DNA of 64,000 bases, taken from the NCBI GenBank assembly GCA_040954595.2, contig CM082576.2:3756760-3820759 (forward strand), read 5' to 3'. The notes under the pieces are model-generated. The model was not told the origin of the DNA. It made no database searches and saw only the letters and a program-made list of their open reading frames with translations. The position numbers and the translations under genes are program-made. This document shows, in pieces, positions 37,301 to 48,700 of the stretch. This stretch comes from Balanoglossus misakiensis. Lineage: Eukaryota; Animalia; Hemichordata. Each line of letters starts with the position of its first letter. The stretch's first letter is position 1.

Positions 37301-40300
37301 ATTTATGGCTGCAAGTCTCTTCTCACCATCTTCCAGACGTGCAGACATATCAATTTTCCAAAAAATAAAGAGACAACAAAACACACCATTAATGATATCG
37401 GAAATCAAATGTGCGAACATTTTACTGCAGAAAACGGCACAATGGGAAAGAGTTTGATCTCAGTCGTGTCAATTAATGCGGAAAATGTGTTTCATGTGTG
37501 TCAGTAGAAGAAGGGTGAGTTTGTGGCAATAAAACGATTTTGTTCAAACAAGCCATAAAAAAGTCAGTGAAAGGGCTATTCTTTGGTTTTTATTGCCCTG
37601 TCTGAATCAGAGTCAAAGATTTCTAAAGAAGCACAGACAGAAGGTGTAGGTGTTTGCCATTAGAGGCAAGACTTTCTCACGTAAAAAAAAAACGGAGAAA
37701 ACAAAAGTCACATTTGTCCGTGCTCTTGCCGCCGCTGGTTCGTCACGTGTTGTTTGGCGCGTTGTGTGCGAGAGGCATCAACGGACAGCAATGAACTCCC
37801 AACTGAACTGAGTTGATCTTGTTCGCGAGGAGTCACTGAAACTTGACAGTTGCCCCCAGAGGGAATTCGACGGTTGATGATGCACAACTCCAACCGCACG
37901 ATTTCCTGCTTTTTAGTTCGATGCTGCAAGATGTCTGGCCGCGTCTGTCATCGCCCTATCAGTGTTGGACTGGTCCGGCAAATCTGACCCATTCCCAGTA
38001 TCTGGTGATGGAAAACAATCCCAGCTATGTGCCTACTGACGGCACAGAATCTCATCTAGGAGTTCACAGTTTAGGGATCGTTATTGATATATTTACGCGA
38101 ACGAGTCAGAACTAGATTAGTACGGAAAGGTATTGATATCAGGGAGTTGCCTACCAAGTAGAGTGTTGTCTCCTCTTTCACTGACCCCCAGAGACATATA
38201 AAGCCATGTCAGTCAAAATATTTAATGCAAATATTGCTCGCTTTGTTTCAGCATGAAAATCACAGAAAGGCTTGTAAAATGACTTTGTAACAGTAAAGAT
38301 GCTCTGACTTCTGACACCTAATTCTATGAGAGAGAAAAAGAAATCACAGTGTCCCCCTCCCTCTCGCCCTCCCCTGAATATCATGTCAGATCAATTTTGA
38401 TCTGCATAGTTTTATTGAAATTCTGAGGAAAACTGAGAAAGAAGAAAAACGGTGAGTGTGTTTGCATGCAACAGTAATCATTTCAGAGTAATGGCTTGGC
38501 GTGAGGACTGAGGCAGGGGCTTCCACTGGAGACTAATCAGGCTGATTTATTAGCTGGAATAGCGGCGTATTCTTGGCTGAGAAGATGCAGCACAACTCTG
38601 AGGTTTAGAGTTACTGGGAGGTCTTTTGTCTTTGAAGCTTGCAATCTTGCCTGCTATAGCGTTCAGGAGGGGAGGGGTCGTGTTGAGTGTTTCTGCAAAT
38701 ATCAAGCCTAAACGTTTCTTTTGCATCTTCTTTGTGTTGTTCTTGTGTTCATAACTGTGACATACACTTGATTTGTAAGATCCTGTCATTAAAAGTCAAC
38801 TGTATAAAGTTTCCACTTCAAATGCAACGAAGAAGGGAGTCTTTGGATTTCCCCGATTGGAGGGTGTAATTCATCTTGTATCAGTTTTGCAGAAGTAAAA
38901 GTCAAAACAAATGTTATTCTTAAATATTACTTCAATTCTCTTATTTTAAATTGTCACGGAAACATGCTGGCATCAGGAAGGAAACTGTGATCAAATGGGG
39001 TTTTGAGATATATGACAATTTTAAATAAGACATAAATCAGGGAGAGGTTTCCATGGTTTCAGCAAATTGGAGAACAAGGAAGTCTTCCATAGGTGATGCA
39101 TATCCATCATGATGTGAAAAGGATGTGCTGTTTCAAATAGTATAACAATACCTAAATCTTGCAAGAAAAATATAGAAAAAATAACAAATGGGCAACAGTA
39201 AATGTTTTTTTTACAAGAGAGAGAAAAAGGCACAATTAAAAATGTAAATTACTTTGTTTTGAATGCTTTCAACCAAACACAGAAGAGAGATATACTTGAA
39301 AGATAGCTGTCATGATGTGAAACAGTGAAATGCAAGTCGTAAAATTGTCAGATATAAAAAGAAGTTGGTTTATCTGTCTTCTGATGAAATGACGGAAAAT
39401 ATAAATAAACTTGAACATACAAATGGAAATGTTTCCTACATAGCAATCTGACAGCCAAATAATGCATGTTACTGGTCATTTAGATGAGAACAGCAGCGGT
39501 ATTATAATGAATGTGAAACTACTGCACTGGATGTTGACAGCGACAAAAAAGAGCAAGCACAAAGTAGGGATCTTCAATAATTTTCAAACAAACTAAAAGT
39601 GACTGATGACCCCAGCAGAACATGTAAACAAAAAGCAATGAGAGCGCAAGAGGTAGATTTGAATTTGAATTTTATGGGTTTTTTGTTTCATAATTGTGTC
39701 TGCCGTGATTGATCCGGTATTGTCGCGGACAATAGAGCATAGAGCAGCTTGGAGGGATTGATCGGTGGGCGAAAACACTGTATCAGCATCAATCATTCAT
39801 GTGATGTGCAGTGTTATATGCCACACGGCGACAGTGCTTGTATATAATCACTTGCCGTGCAAGGCTAATTACAAATGCTGGTGAGAGGGAGAAGGGCAAA
39901 TAGACAGACAGGCAGACACACAGATATACAGACAGGCAGACAGACATATAGACAGACACACACACCGATGAATAAAATAGGATTTGTTTGTGGAAATTCT
40001 TTTTTCAATGTTAGCAAACTGAGCACTCTTCCTATCAAATTGGCTTTTTAAAAGCATAATGCGATTTTGCAAATTTTTGTCTCAAGCAGTGGAGCATGGT
40101 ACACAAAGATCAAACTGATATTTTATAGTTTTCAGTTTATTAGTAAGATGACACAATAGAAATGTAAAAACTGGGTAGACTGTCCTTATCTTGTGTCACA
40201 TTTGACAATATTTGATTCATTGAGGACATCTGAGACCTTTTTTTGCTTTCTGGGGTGGGGGAAAATCATATCAATGTATTTATGAACTCGATGCAAAGTT

Positions 40301-42503
40301 TGCATTTTCCTCAATACCACACACATCCGAAAAAAAAATGATTCATGGACGAGGAGAAGGTGTGATCTGTTGTCGTCAGTAGATTCCACACTCCGCGTCA
40401 CTTCAGACTTATCCATGGTTTAATGACCACACTTTGGCATAATTCTTCCTCATAAACATGACCAGAATTGATATTTTATTTATGTCTTGTATTTATCAAT
40501 TTATTGGACTTGTCATGGCGGGGTAGAGGTTAAACTCTGAATGAGTTTGTGGCACACACCATCTCTGAAATATTAATGCTCAAATAAATGGTTGTAACCA
40601 GACCAGTGAAACGCTACTTCCAGGCGGGGTTTGTCGGAGAATTAAAGCAACGTGCCCTTTCCTGCCCTCTCAGATACGGCAACATTCAATATTTATGGTG
40701 CTTACACACATACACACAGATGTAGTGTCGCTCGCAGTTTTATTTCGGTCATTGGAGAAATCTGCCGTGATATCACCGAAATGGAATGACAAGTTTCATG
40801 GGAGAACAACTAAAGCAATATCTGTGTCTTTGTCGATGGGTCTCTGAAGTCTCAACTTTATTGGCATTGCTCCGTTGATGGCATGCTGTGCAGTAGGGCC
40901 AACTGTAAAGCACCAAGCAATCAAACATCGGACTTCTTCTCTGAATCTGAATCTTTCAGCGACATTCTGTTTCCCGCGACGTGGGCAGCCAGACCAGCTT
41001 TACAATTACTGGTACAATTACAACAAACATGAATATGAATTGACCAGGCTTTATTGAAAGAAATGTTAAACTCCTCGATCGGTGATTGCGTTTGATGAAA
41101 TTTGTACCATGTGAACCGATCTCAGCAGAGTCAAAACAAACGGCAATTTTTCACTGTCGGCGGAGAATTTTAAACACTGTGTGTTTGTGTTGTCCCCCCT
41201 TGCTCCACTCAGCACAGTGACTCAACAAATTCGATAGCCGGATGTGTTGGTGTGTGTGTGTGGGAGGGGGGGGGGGGATGTGTGCTGCATATGGTGCAGG
41301 ATTTTTGAAAGTATTCCAAATCTGTATTAGAATCTCGTTCCTGCTAAGCGCAGTTAGATTATGATAAATGGCGCTGGCCAATTTATCAATTTAAACAAAC
41401 TGAAAGTGGACGGGGCATGTGATGCACATGTGTGCGCATCCGAGCATTGTCTCGCAGTCCGTGAAAAATCACCAGCATTGTCTGTCGGGGGAGCCGAGGC
41501 TAATTTGAGCGAAGCAGATGGCACGAGCAAATCTGATCTGCGAGCCGAAGGTTTCTTCCCCCGTATCTGGGATTTTTATCTGGAGATTTGTTTTCTATGA
41601 TGCCACTCCAAAGCCGCAACAGATAAATCATGTCGGTGGTTTGTGGAATATTTGCTCATGGTCGCCCTTTTTTGCTGGAATGGAAGTCGATGCTGGCTGT
41701 GTCTGTGTGGGGTATACAGATATCTGTGTGTATCTCTGTGTCTGTGTGTATTTGCATGTGTGTATCTTGGGTATCTCTATATATGTGCTGTACTCAAATA
41801 TTGCAGTCTATCACTAGCCATCCATCAATTGCAATAATGGAATGTAAAACACTGACTAATGCATGACTTAGAAGCCAAGCTCAGGGTTTCTAATACAGTT
41901 TGTCCCCGAGCTATGTGATAGTACCAAGACCTTTAACTTTGACTGCAGTAGTACCTGACTTCACACACGTAACCTTTTCATATCCAATACATGTATCTAG
42001 TCAAAATAATGAAAATTGGAAGAAAAGAAACATATCTTTTTAAGCCATTAGCATTGAATTTCTTTTTCATTCTCGATATGAAGAAATGCAAGAGCTTTGT
42101 ATACTTCAAACCCAAATTATTTTAGAGGCTATCTGAAAAGATTCTTCATTATTGTGTGTGAAGTTTTCTCTTCCATGTGTCTGTTCGTACTTTCATAAAA
42201 AGCCATAAACCAGATCTCAAGAGCAGCCTTTTCAACATTTGAAGTATTCATAAAGAAAAACATTTATGACCGTCATCCCTGCTTTTATTTGTGCCACCAT
42301 GCAAGCAGATTTTTTTATCAGAACAGATCATTTCAAATTTTATGATATTTGTGGTGTTCTTTTTTTGTTCAAGGTTTGGACCGGGCATGGTGATTTATTG
42401 GTTTGGTTTCATAGACGACCTTGACATTCACGGAAACAGGGGAATCATTCTGAAAGACGACTTTCCAAATGACATTGTCACCTTACCAGAGACGTTTACA
42501 TGA
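1421..42503 (+). CDS. CDIN1: CDAN1-interacting nuclease 1 (C15orf41 orthologue), complete, 11 exons, 280 aa: join(1421-1512,2150-2195,2787-2851,5030-5090,7708-7786,8738-8817,11767-11816,15977-16044,31722-31787,32469-32574,42374-42503)
   Basis: All ten introns are GT-AG with consistent phases, and the exons sum to 843 nt from ATG to TGA with no internal stop. Contains [55 protein letters not shown], close to human C15orf41 (recalled). PD-(D/E)XK-type TPD...ESK motif intact. Confidence 0.97.
2150..2195 (+). CDS. CDIN1: CDIN1 exon 2 (46 nt)
   Basis: ttcttcAG | (D)[15 protein letters not shown] | GTAAAT. Confidence 0.92.
2305..2479. mobile_element. Degenerate Tc1/mariner-pogo-type MITE remnant in CDIN1 intron 2
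   Basis: TA-ended imperfect terminal inverted repeats: TACAATGAAGCCCGTTGAAACCAGAC vs reverse complement TATAGTAAAACCTGTCCAAACCAAAC (18/26, mostly transitions); internal CAGTAGAACCTC sub-repeat. Confidence 0.35.
2787..2851 (+). CDS. CDIN1: CDIN1 exon 3 (65 nt)
   Basis: tttcAG | [21 protein letters not shown](R) | GTATTT. Confidence 0.93.
5030..5090 (+). CDS. CDIN1: CDIN1 exon 4 (61 nt)
   Basis: catttcAG | [20 protein letters not shown] | GTGGGT. Confidence 0.92.
5119..5180. repeat. Degenerate (TCTG)/(TG) microsatellite
   Basis: gtgtatctgtctgtttgtctgtctatctatctgtgtgtctgtctg. Confidence 0.7.
7708..7786 (+). CDS. CDIN1: CDIN1 exon 5 (79 nt)
   Basis: attccAG | [26 protein letters not shown] | GTAAGT. 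Confidence 0.94.
8738..8817 (+). CDS. CDIN1: CDIN1 exon 6 (80 nt)
   Basis: cgcgcAG | (P)[26 protein letters not shown] | GTATGT. Confidence 0.94.
9972..10050. repeat. (CA)n microsatellite
   Basis: Direct reading; a few interruptions. Confidence 0.95.
11304..11390. repeat. (TG)n microsatellite, with degenerate TG-rich extension to ~11580
   Basis: Direct reading. Confidence 0.95.
11767..11816 (+). CDS. CDIN1: CDIN1 exon 7 (50 nt)
   Basis: ctctttacAG | [16 protein letters not shown](H) | GTATCCTTTT (U12-type donor). Confidence 0.95.
11817..15976 (+). other. U12-type (minor spliceosome) GT-AG intron 7 of CDIN1
   Basis: 5' site GTATCCTTTT (11817-11826); branch-point TTCCCTAAC (15956-15964) ends 10 nt before the AG at 15975-15976; no polypyrimidine tract. 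Confidence 0.92.
15977..16044 (+). CDS. CDIN1: CDIN1 exon 8 (68 nt)
   Basis: tgtcAG | [22 protein letters not shown](G) | GTAAGC. Confidence 0.94.
17602..17633. repeat. Perfect 32-bp palindrome
   Basis: TAGGTCACAGAAAGATATCTTTCTGTGACCTA equals its own reverse complement. Confidence 0.95.
17636..17745. repeat. (CT)n/(TCTG)n pyrimidine-rich microsatellite
   Basis: Direct reading. Confidence 0.85.
24961..25160. repeat. Degenerate minisatellite, ~26-27 bp period, core ATTGAGATTTT
   Basis: Core starts at 24973, 24999, 25025, 25052, 25079, 25110, 25135. Confidence 0.8.
28301..28413. repeat. Compound (CCT)n-(CAT)n trinucleotide microsatellite
   Basis: Direct reading; source of the poly-P/H and poly-M/R ORFs. 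Confidence 0.95.
31722..31787 (+). CDS. CDIN1: CDIN1 exon 9 (66 nt)
   Basis: ttttatcgcAG | [21 protein letters not shown] | GTAAGT. Confidence 0.96.
32469..32574 (+). CDS. CDIN1: CDIN1 exon 10 (106 nt)
   Basis: accaccAG | (A)[34 protein letters not shown](R) | GTGAGT. Confidence 0.97.
39900..39965. repeat. Degenerate (CAGA)n microsatellite
   Basis: agacagacaggcagacacacagatatacagacaggcagacagac. Confidence 0.75.
42374..42503 (+). CDS. CDIN1: CDIN1 exon 11, terminal coding exon (130 nt)
   Basis: ttttgttcaAG | [45 protein letters not shown]. Confidence 0.96.
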
Positions 42504-42743
42504 CACAGAAAACCACGGCAACCCCCCAGCTATAAACTGACAGACTTGGGTTTTGTTCCGGGAGGAAAACATCACTTGAACGGCCTCTTAGTGTGTAAGT
42601 TATCACAGATGGACATGTTTCAGGGTACAGCTCAGAAAAAAAACCTCCACCACTGATTGGACCGCAGCGCAATTGATGATTATAGGATAAATTGTCCGTG
42701 ATGGATATTTTGCTTCTGTAAATTGCTCCTTACATCAAAATGA

Positions 42744-42749
42744 AATAAA
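42744..42749 (+). terminator. Candidate polyadenylation signal of CDIN1 (alternative AATAAA at 44195-44200)
   Basis: First AATAAA I found after the stop codon; its use cannot be shown from sequence alone. Confidence 0.35.
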
Positions 42750-45700
42750 AGTTGCAGTTGACAAAAGGGGGAGAGAGCTTTCATAAAAGGAGAAAAATCA
42801 GACACCTATTTGACAACATGACAGAAGTTATTGGTTTGTTTAAAGCCACAAAAGGTGGGATAATGAGATGTGATGGTCTGCATCCTGACACCTGACAGTG
42901 CGGACCAAACTAAGGAAACCAAGTCACAGGCCAGTTAGTTTTTCTCGCTAATTTTTTAGCGCTCACCCCGAAAGTTAATTGATTTAGGAGGTTTCTGGTG
43001 AAGTGAAAGTGGCGTCCCATCAAATCAGGATTTTTTTTTGGTCTGTACAGAGGCTTGGAGACTTTTGAGTTGACTTTCAGATTATGTTTTGGAAATCATG
43101 TGACAAAGATGGACATTTTTTGTGCAAAAGGGTGTGTTGCATTGGCTTGCTTGCAAAATTTTGGTCAATCCCCATAAATTTTTGTTTCTACTTTAATGTA
43201 TGAATTGTGCAGGTGCTGTGTTTTTTAAAAATTGTGTTGTGTAAGTGCCGTATTACTTTTTGAATTAAAACAAAACATTCTTTAGGATTAAAATTTCGAC
43301 AAAATAAGAATTTTGGTGTGAAAGATATCCAGTCTCCATATCTTGGGGAAGTAGTGTTCAATTTGACATTTTACTACACCACCTTCCTACCCTTGTATCC
43401 TGTGACTGCCATCACAGTTAAATCCTGGTTGGTTTTTGAGAAGAAAATAATTCAGACATTCAGAAAGACATTAGATTCATGATAAATTCATGCACTGCAC
43501 ATGTCGTATTTTACCTCAGTCACAACAGAGACACAAACGTAGCAAGAACCGAAAAAAAATCAATCCATATTTAATTTACATTTCCAAAGAGAGCAAAACT
43601 GTAACTATCAATATCACCTGCTCGTTGGCTCACAACATTGAAATTAAGATTTTATGGGCAAATATATTCAAAGTTTAATCAGAAGCAGTGCAGAGCAGTG
43701 AAACTCTGGGTGCTGCAACATCTGAATTGATCATGTGATTGAGAAACGGGGAGGGAAATATCAAGAGATTTGCTTTACTTCAAAAAACATACACCTCACT
43801 ATACTTTACTTTGCGAAATGGTCTTTGCGTGTACAATTTTGCAAACACTCCAATATGGCCCAGCCATGCCAGAGATCTGTCAACTACCCCAGTCACCCAG
43901 GATGACAAATGTCTTCCACACACACGTACAGTTTAGTTTGTCAGTTTTAAAAGATGACCCGACATTTATTGTTTTATTTATTGGCACAAGATTAGTTTTT
44001 GCGCCAGCGAAAAAAAAGACATAAATATATGGAAAGAAAGGGGCATGAAATTCCACAGGATGACACCTATGACAATTTATCATCTTGCAGCAGATTTTAT
44101 GAATTATGTAAGAAATTTCTGATCTCAAATTTCTTCAACTCACCCAGTTCTTTCTGTTGTTTAAGTGTTTTGGAACGTTCAGAAAGTGGTGAAAAATAAA
44201 CTACGATTTATGTATATAGGTCCAGCCCTCATCAGTCAGTAAAATATTCCCCTAATGTGTATTTTTGGTTCCTGCGGTTAAAAAAAACGAATGTCGATAT
44301 TTTTGGCACAGGACACATGCTTACCATTCCATGGCACATGAGCTGTGTCGATGATGCCTGGGCAAAAATACACGATCCGAATTCCCGACTTTGCCATATG
44401 CAAATAACACTCAGTATTGCGGACACTTTTTAAAAACTGCTGAAGTTGTTTCAAATGCTGTAATCGCGATTCGAGTTATAAACAGAATGGTAGCAAACTA
44501 AATTTCCCCAATTTGTAAGTAATTTTCATAAAGCGAGTACCAAAACATTGCAGTGAAAATCAATTTCGTCGGGGATAGCGTAGAATTTTCTTTGCAAGAA
44601 GAAAAAGAATACCAGTACGTTAATTCAGTAATTTGGAAGTTTATAAAAAGATCATCGGTTTCCGAAGTTGGAATGTGATAATGCAGCCTGCGAGTAAACT
44701 GCAGCGAGAGGTATTAGTTTCCCCTCGTTTCTGTTTGTGTACGTACAAATAGTCATCGCTTGCAGCCTGAAGAAACATTAGTTTTCTGGAAGTCCGCAAC
44801 TGCAATATCTCGTTCTTTTTTACGCAGCAAGCGACGTTTCCGTCGTGTACGCGCCGTTCTGTACACCAAATAAACCCAGATAATTGCAACATTTCGAGTT
44901 CCCATATTTTTAACGGGCGATTAGGTCTACGAAATCTCTAATTTTATGGAATTATCGCCGGTCGGTCGTATATGTCGTGTCTTACGAGTCCATGATTTTC
45001 TTGTATTAGTCCTCAAAACGTTTCCGTTCACACCGATGACATTCGAGCCACGTGTAATTGTCAAAACTACTGTCTGGTTGATGCGCTGAGGGAAGATGAT
45101 GGAACGAGGGTTTTTTTTCGGTTAATTTTGAACTTGGAATGTAACTGGCGCGGCACGAAAATTGGCAATGCGCTCCTGCAGTGGTACGTGACTGCTGCCT
45201 ACGTCAATGCCGTCGCCCATGTCATTTGCAGCAATGTTAGGCTTGTAATTTCAAGTTGGGCGGGTTTTTTGTTTGATTTTCCTATGATTTAAGGGACTGA
45301 GAGCTCCGGGCCACAAGTTAGTGTCATTCGTATCAGACTGTCATGTACAATAACGTATATTGGACAAGCGCACGATTAAAACTACCTTCCTGGATCGGTC
45401 TTCCCTGGGTCAAGTACCAGTAATATATATAGCCCTATCCACCTGTGAATTTGTAGCATTGATACTACGGGTTTCCCCCTCCACCCCTCCAAAATTTTAC
45501 AAAAACGCGGTGATCTCTGTTTCATATTAATATCACACAACGGTCACTTCACAAAAATGTGTAAAAAAAACCCAACAATTTTGCGTTTTGGAATGTGAGC
45601 TCAAATGGTAAAAGCGCGGTCACTCCCCGAGACTCCTGGATTTCTTTTCTTCTTCTAAATATGGGCGATGTAAATGCATTGTGACAGGGTTATTCGTCGC

Positions 45701-48700
45701 GGAATTTTGATCAGGTGGACGCAGGTTGCCTTGCGGGATAGCCGGCTCAATCCCCGTCGTCAAAACAGGAAGACAATAAGAATTTGCGGCCACAAACAGG
45801 ATTTTCGTGCATTAAGCGTTCCATGGAACAGAACACCCGAACATCAATCAATTGATTAGAGTGATTAACCGTGATTAGATCTGATGAGATTACGGCGGAT
45901 CTCTTGCCATGGTTACCGCATTGGGCTGCGAGCGGAGAATAATCACTTTCGCTATGGCAACGGGGCCGATGCGAGGATGCAAGTCGACAAGTACATGTCA
46001 TGGATGAGATGGTAAAGCCAGTATTAACGCCAATCAAATTAATTGACTGTGTTTCGCTTATCTTCTTAGGACTGGGGAGATTGTTGGATGCCCTTCCCGC
46101 CAAATGAACGCATACAGTTCATTGAAATCAAACACGGGACACTGATGGATACGTGAAACGTACATAAGTCCCATTATCGACGCGAAATAACATGTTACCT
46201 GCGAGTCGCCAGAAAAGCGTATTAAAATGTTATTTCCATTGTGGACTCACTTTAGCGTTTATAATTTCATAATCCATTTTCCATGGATGATGGGAAAACA
46301 ACTTCCAAGTAGCGCTTTATGCTATAGAAATTGGATTAGGAGGCACACATTTGTCTTTTAATATCGGAAATAAAATCCGTACCGGAGGGCGAAATCGACA
46401 TCGCAGAAATGGGAATCGCTGTATCACCTTGCTGGGAGCGACTCGTACCCCCATTCTCACTCATCAAATATATAGTTCTTATTTCTACGGACAACACAGG
46501 ACAAATCTAATTTACAAATGCCCTCAATCCATCAAGCACTGGGGAATTTGTGGAAATTATCTTTAATTCTGTAGTTAAAAAGAACTGGAATGAAGGCCTG
46601 TTCATTGTTTGGTGGCTGGACGACCCTGGGGCACTCAACCGAATTTTCTTCGGCAATAGTTCCACGTAATCTAATAATTACAATTACTACAATTGTGAGC
46701 GCTAGAATGCGGCCGAAGAATGGGCTTGTGCTATTAAATTTATATTGAAATCTGCGAGTTAAAAGACACTTTACATCAGACGAATTTACACAATTTACTC
46801 ACGGTAATAATGAAAGTTATTATAGATTAATAGAGTGTTTGCTGAATACAATATTTTATCGTCACCATGCTGTGTATACTGTTTACCGTATAGTTTCTGT
46901 TGGATTAAGACTCACGGTATACCCATTAACCCAAGTGCTTGTCTTTCGCTCCCCCGGTCGAATACTTCGAGGCCCCGGCCGACAGCTGAAGTCGTCCGCC
47001 TTGATGGCTTGCCCTGAAATACGAGGGGTTTGAAAATCGTACTCGCTGGGCCGGGGGTTCGGATCATGAGGATAACCGACAGGGTCACAGTTTTGATGGC
47101 TTTCGTTAATCAAAAGCAGCAGAAGACAACGTCGTATTAAAAACGCCCTCGGAGTTCGTTCCGTGGAGGTCGGGGGAGGTCTTGTGATTATGGATGTGAG
47201 GGAAGGAGAGCGCCGTGGTCCAGACCAATTCTGCAAGGCACAACGCGTCGGATCCACCGATTTGCCTGTGTGTTTCCAGCCGTTCTGTGCAATTGCATTG
47301 TTGTCAGAGGTTGCAAACTCATGTTCGCTGCCAGTGCTAATAAATCGTTTGGCAGCTGTACCAGCCATGTTTGCCAGCGTTAATTGCCGCCTTTTCCCGG
47401 AGTCACTCGCTGACAGAAACTGTCGTCTGTAACCGCACTTGAGGCGCCCTTGTCTGTGATTGACCAAATCTGACAATTCCTTCATAATGTGGTGGACCCA
47501 CGACGTGGCACTTTTAATGCGGGCAATTTCCTTTGACAAGCTGATAAAAAATATCAAATACTAAATAAGGTCGAGCAGAATTACGTTTTATCGTAAGCGT
47601 CAGATTTATTAGAAAAAATATCAAAATTGTAATATATTGTGGACGCGCGTTGCCATGCTGATGGCCTCATACCCCAGGGAAAAACGTCCCAGTCATTAAA
47701 CTTCAATTAAATGCTCAAGCGAACAATGAGCTGGTAATTAATTTTCTATCGGCGATTATAAATTAAGATCGCGAAAGGCTGACAAGTTACATGAAGTTTT
47801 CCTGCGGTTTGTTGAGTTAATTTCAAGTTTACTAATCTTGACAGACGGGCAAAGTCTCGTCCCGACTTCAACGCGAGATCTTCAGTTATCTTTATATTTG
47901 ATGGTATTGTGCGCCGGAAACTTACGAGAATGGTGCGTTTTTACCTCCATTCGCCATGGAAACACAGCATTTTCGACAATTTAAATGGGGATAATTAACG
48001 TCACGATGTTGTAAACCACAGATTTACGACTGTTTCATAAAGTGTCTGTCACCGTGTGTGTGTGTTGGAGAGGAAGGGTTGCGTTATTGCGCTGGGCGAT
48101 CGAGGAGATAGATCGATTCGTGTGGACTGGGACCAGTATGCCAGTTTCCATATTGGTGGTGGTTTCTGGTGGGTGTCCCACGGTTGGCGCTGGATTCTTG
48201 CGGTTCTGCGGGGAGCGTGCAGAAGTTGGTGGAGAGGGCACGCTACATTAGTCTAAGAACAAACCTCACACCTGTCTTTGGGCAGCCAAAAGAAGCGGAA
48301 GAATCGACCTGGATCAGGGGATTTCGTTCTTCATCACTTTATTTCACGCTTGTCGATTTCAGGTGGACGACACTTGGCTGGCGGCTATCCCAAATGCCTA
48401 TGGATTTGAAATAATTCTATAATTGAATGCCACTCTTTTCAAGTGTTCCTGGGAGACTGGAAACACCTTCTAACCCCGCCACAAGAAGAACGCGTACAGG
48501 GGAATCGTTTTATTGACAATATCTAAAACCGCAATCAGAACGACAACGGAACGCACGTCGCCGCCGCCAAACTGAAAATTAACAAAGTTACGTTGCACGG
48601 CCCCCCAACCTGTCCATCAAAATTTACCTGCTCGTAGCATTGCATCTGTGATTACACGGTATATTATTTGTCGTGTGTCTTTCTGGAATATGGCATTAGT

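Noticed and set aside
41838-41850. TGGAATGTAAA resembling the miR-1 5' end
   Set aside because: Match stops after 11 nt and no hairpin partner is visible.
45590-45618. tRNA-like 5' arm GGAATGTGAGCTCAAATGGTAAAAGCGC
   Set aside because: No anticodon stem, T-arm (GTTCRA) or acceptor stem follows; at most a SINE or tRNA scrap.
46883-47557. Longest ORF in the track (224 aa, minus strand)
   Set aside because: No recognisable domain, non-ATG start, composition typical of GC/CpG-richer non-coding DNA, no convincing splice context.
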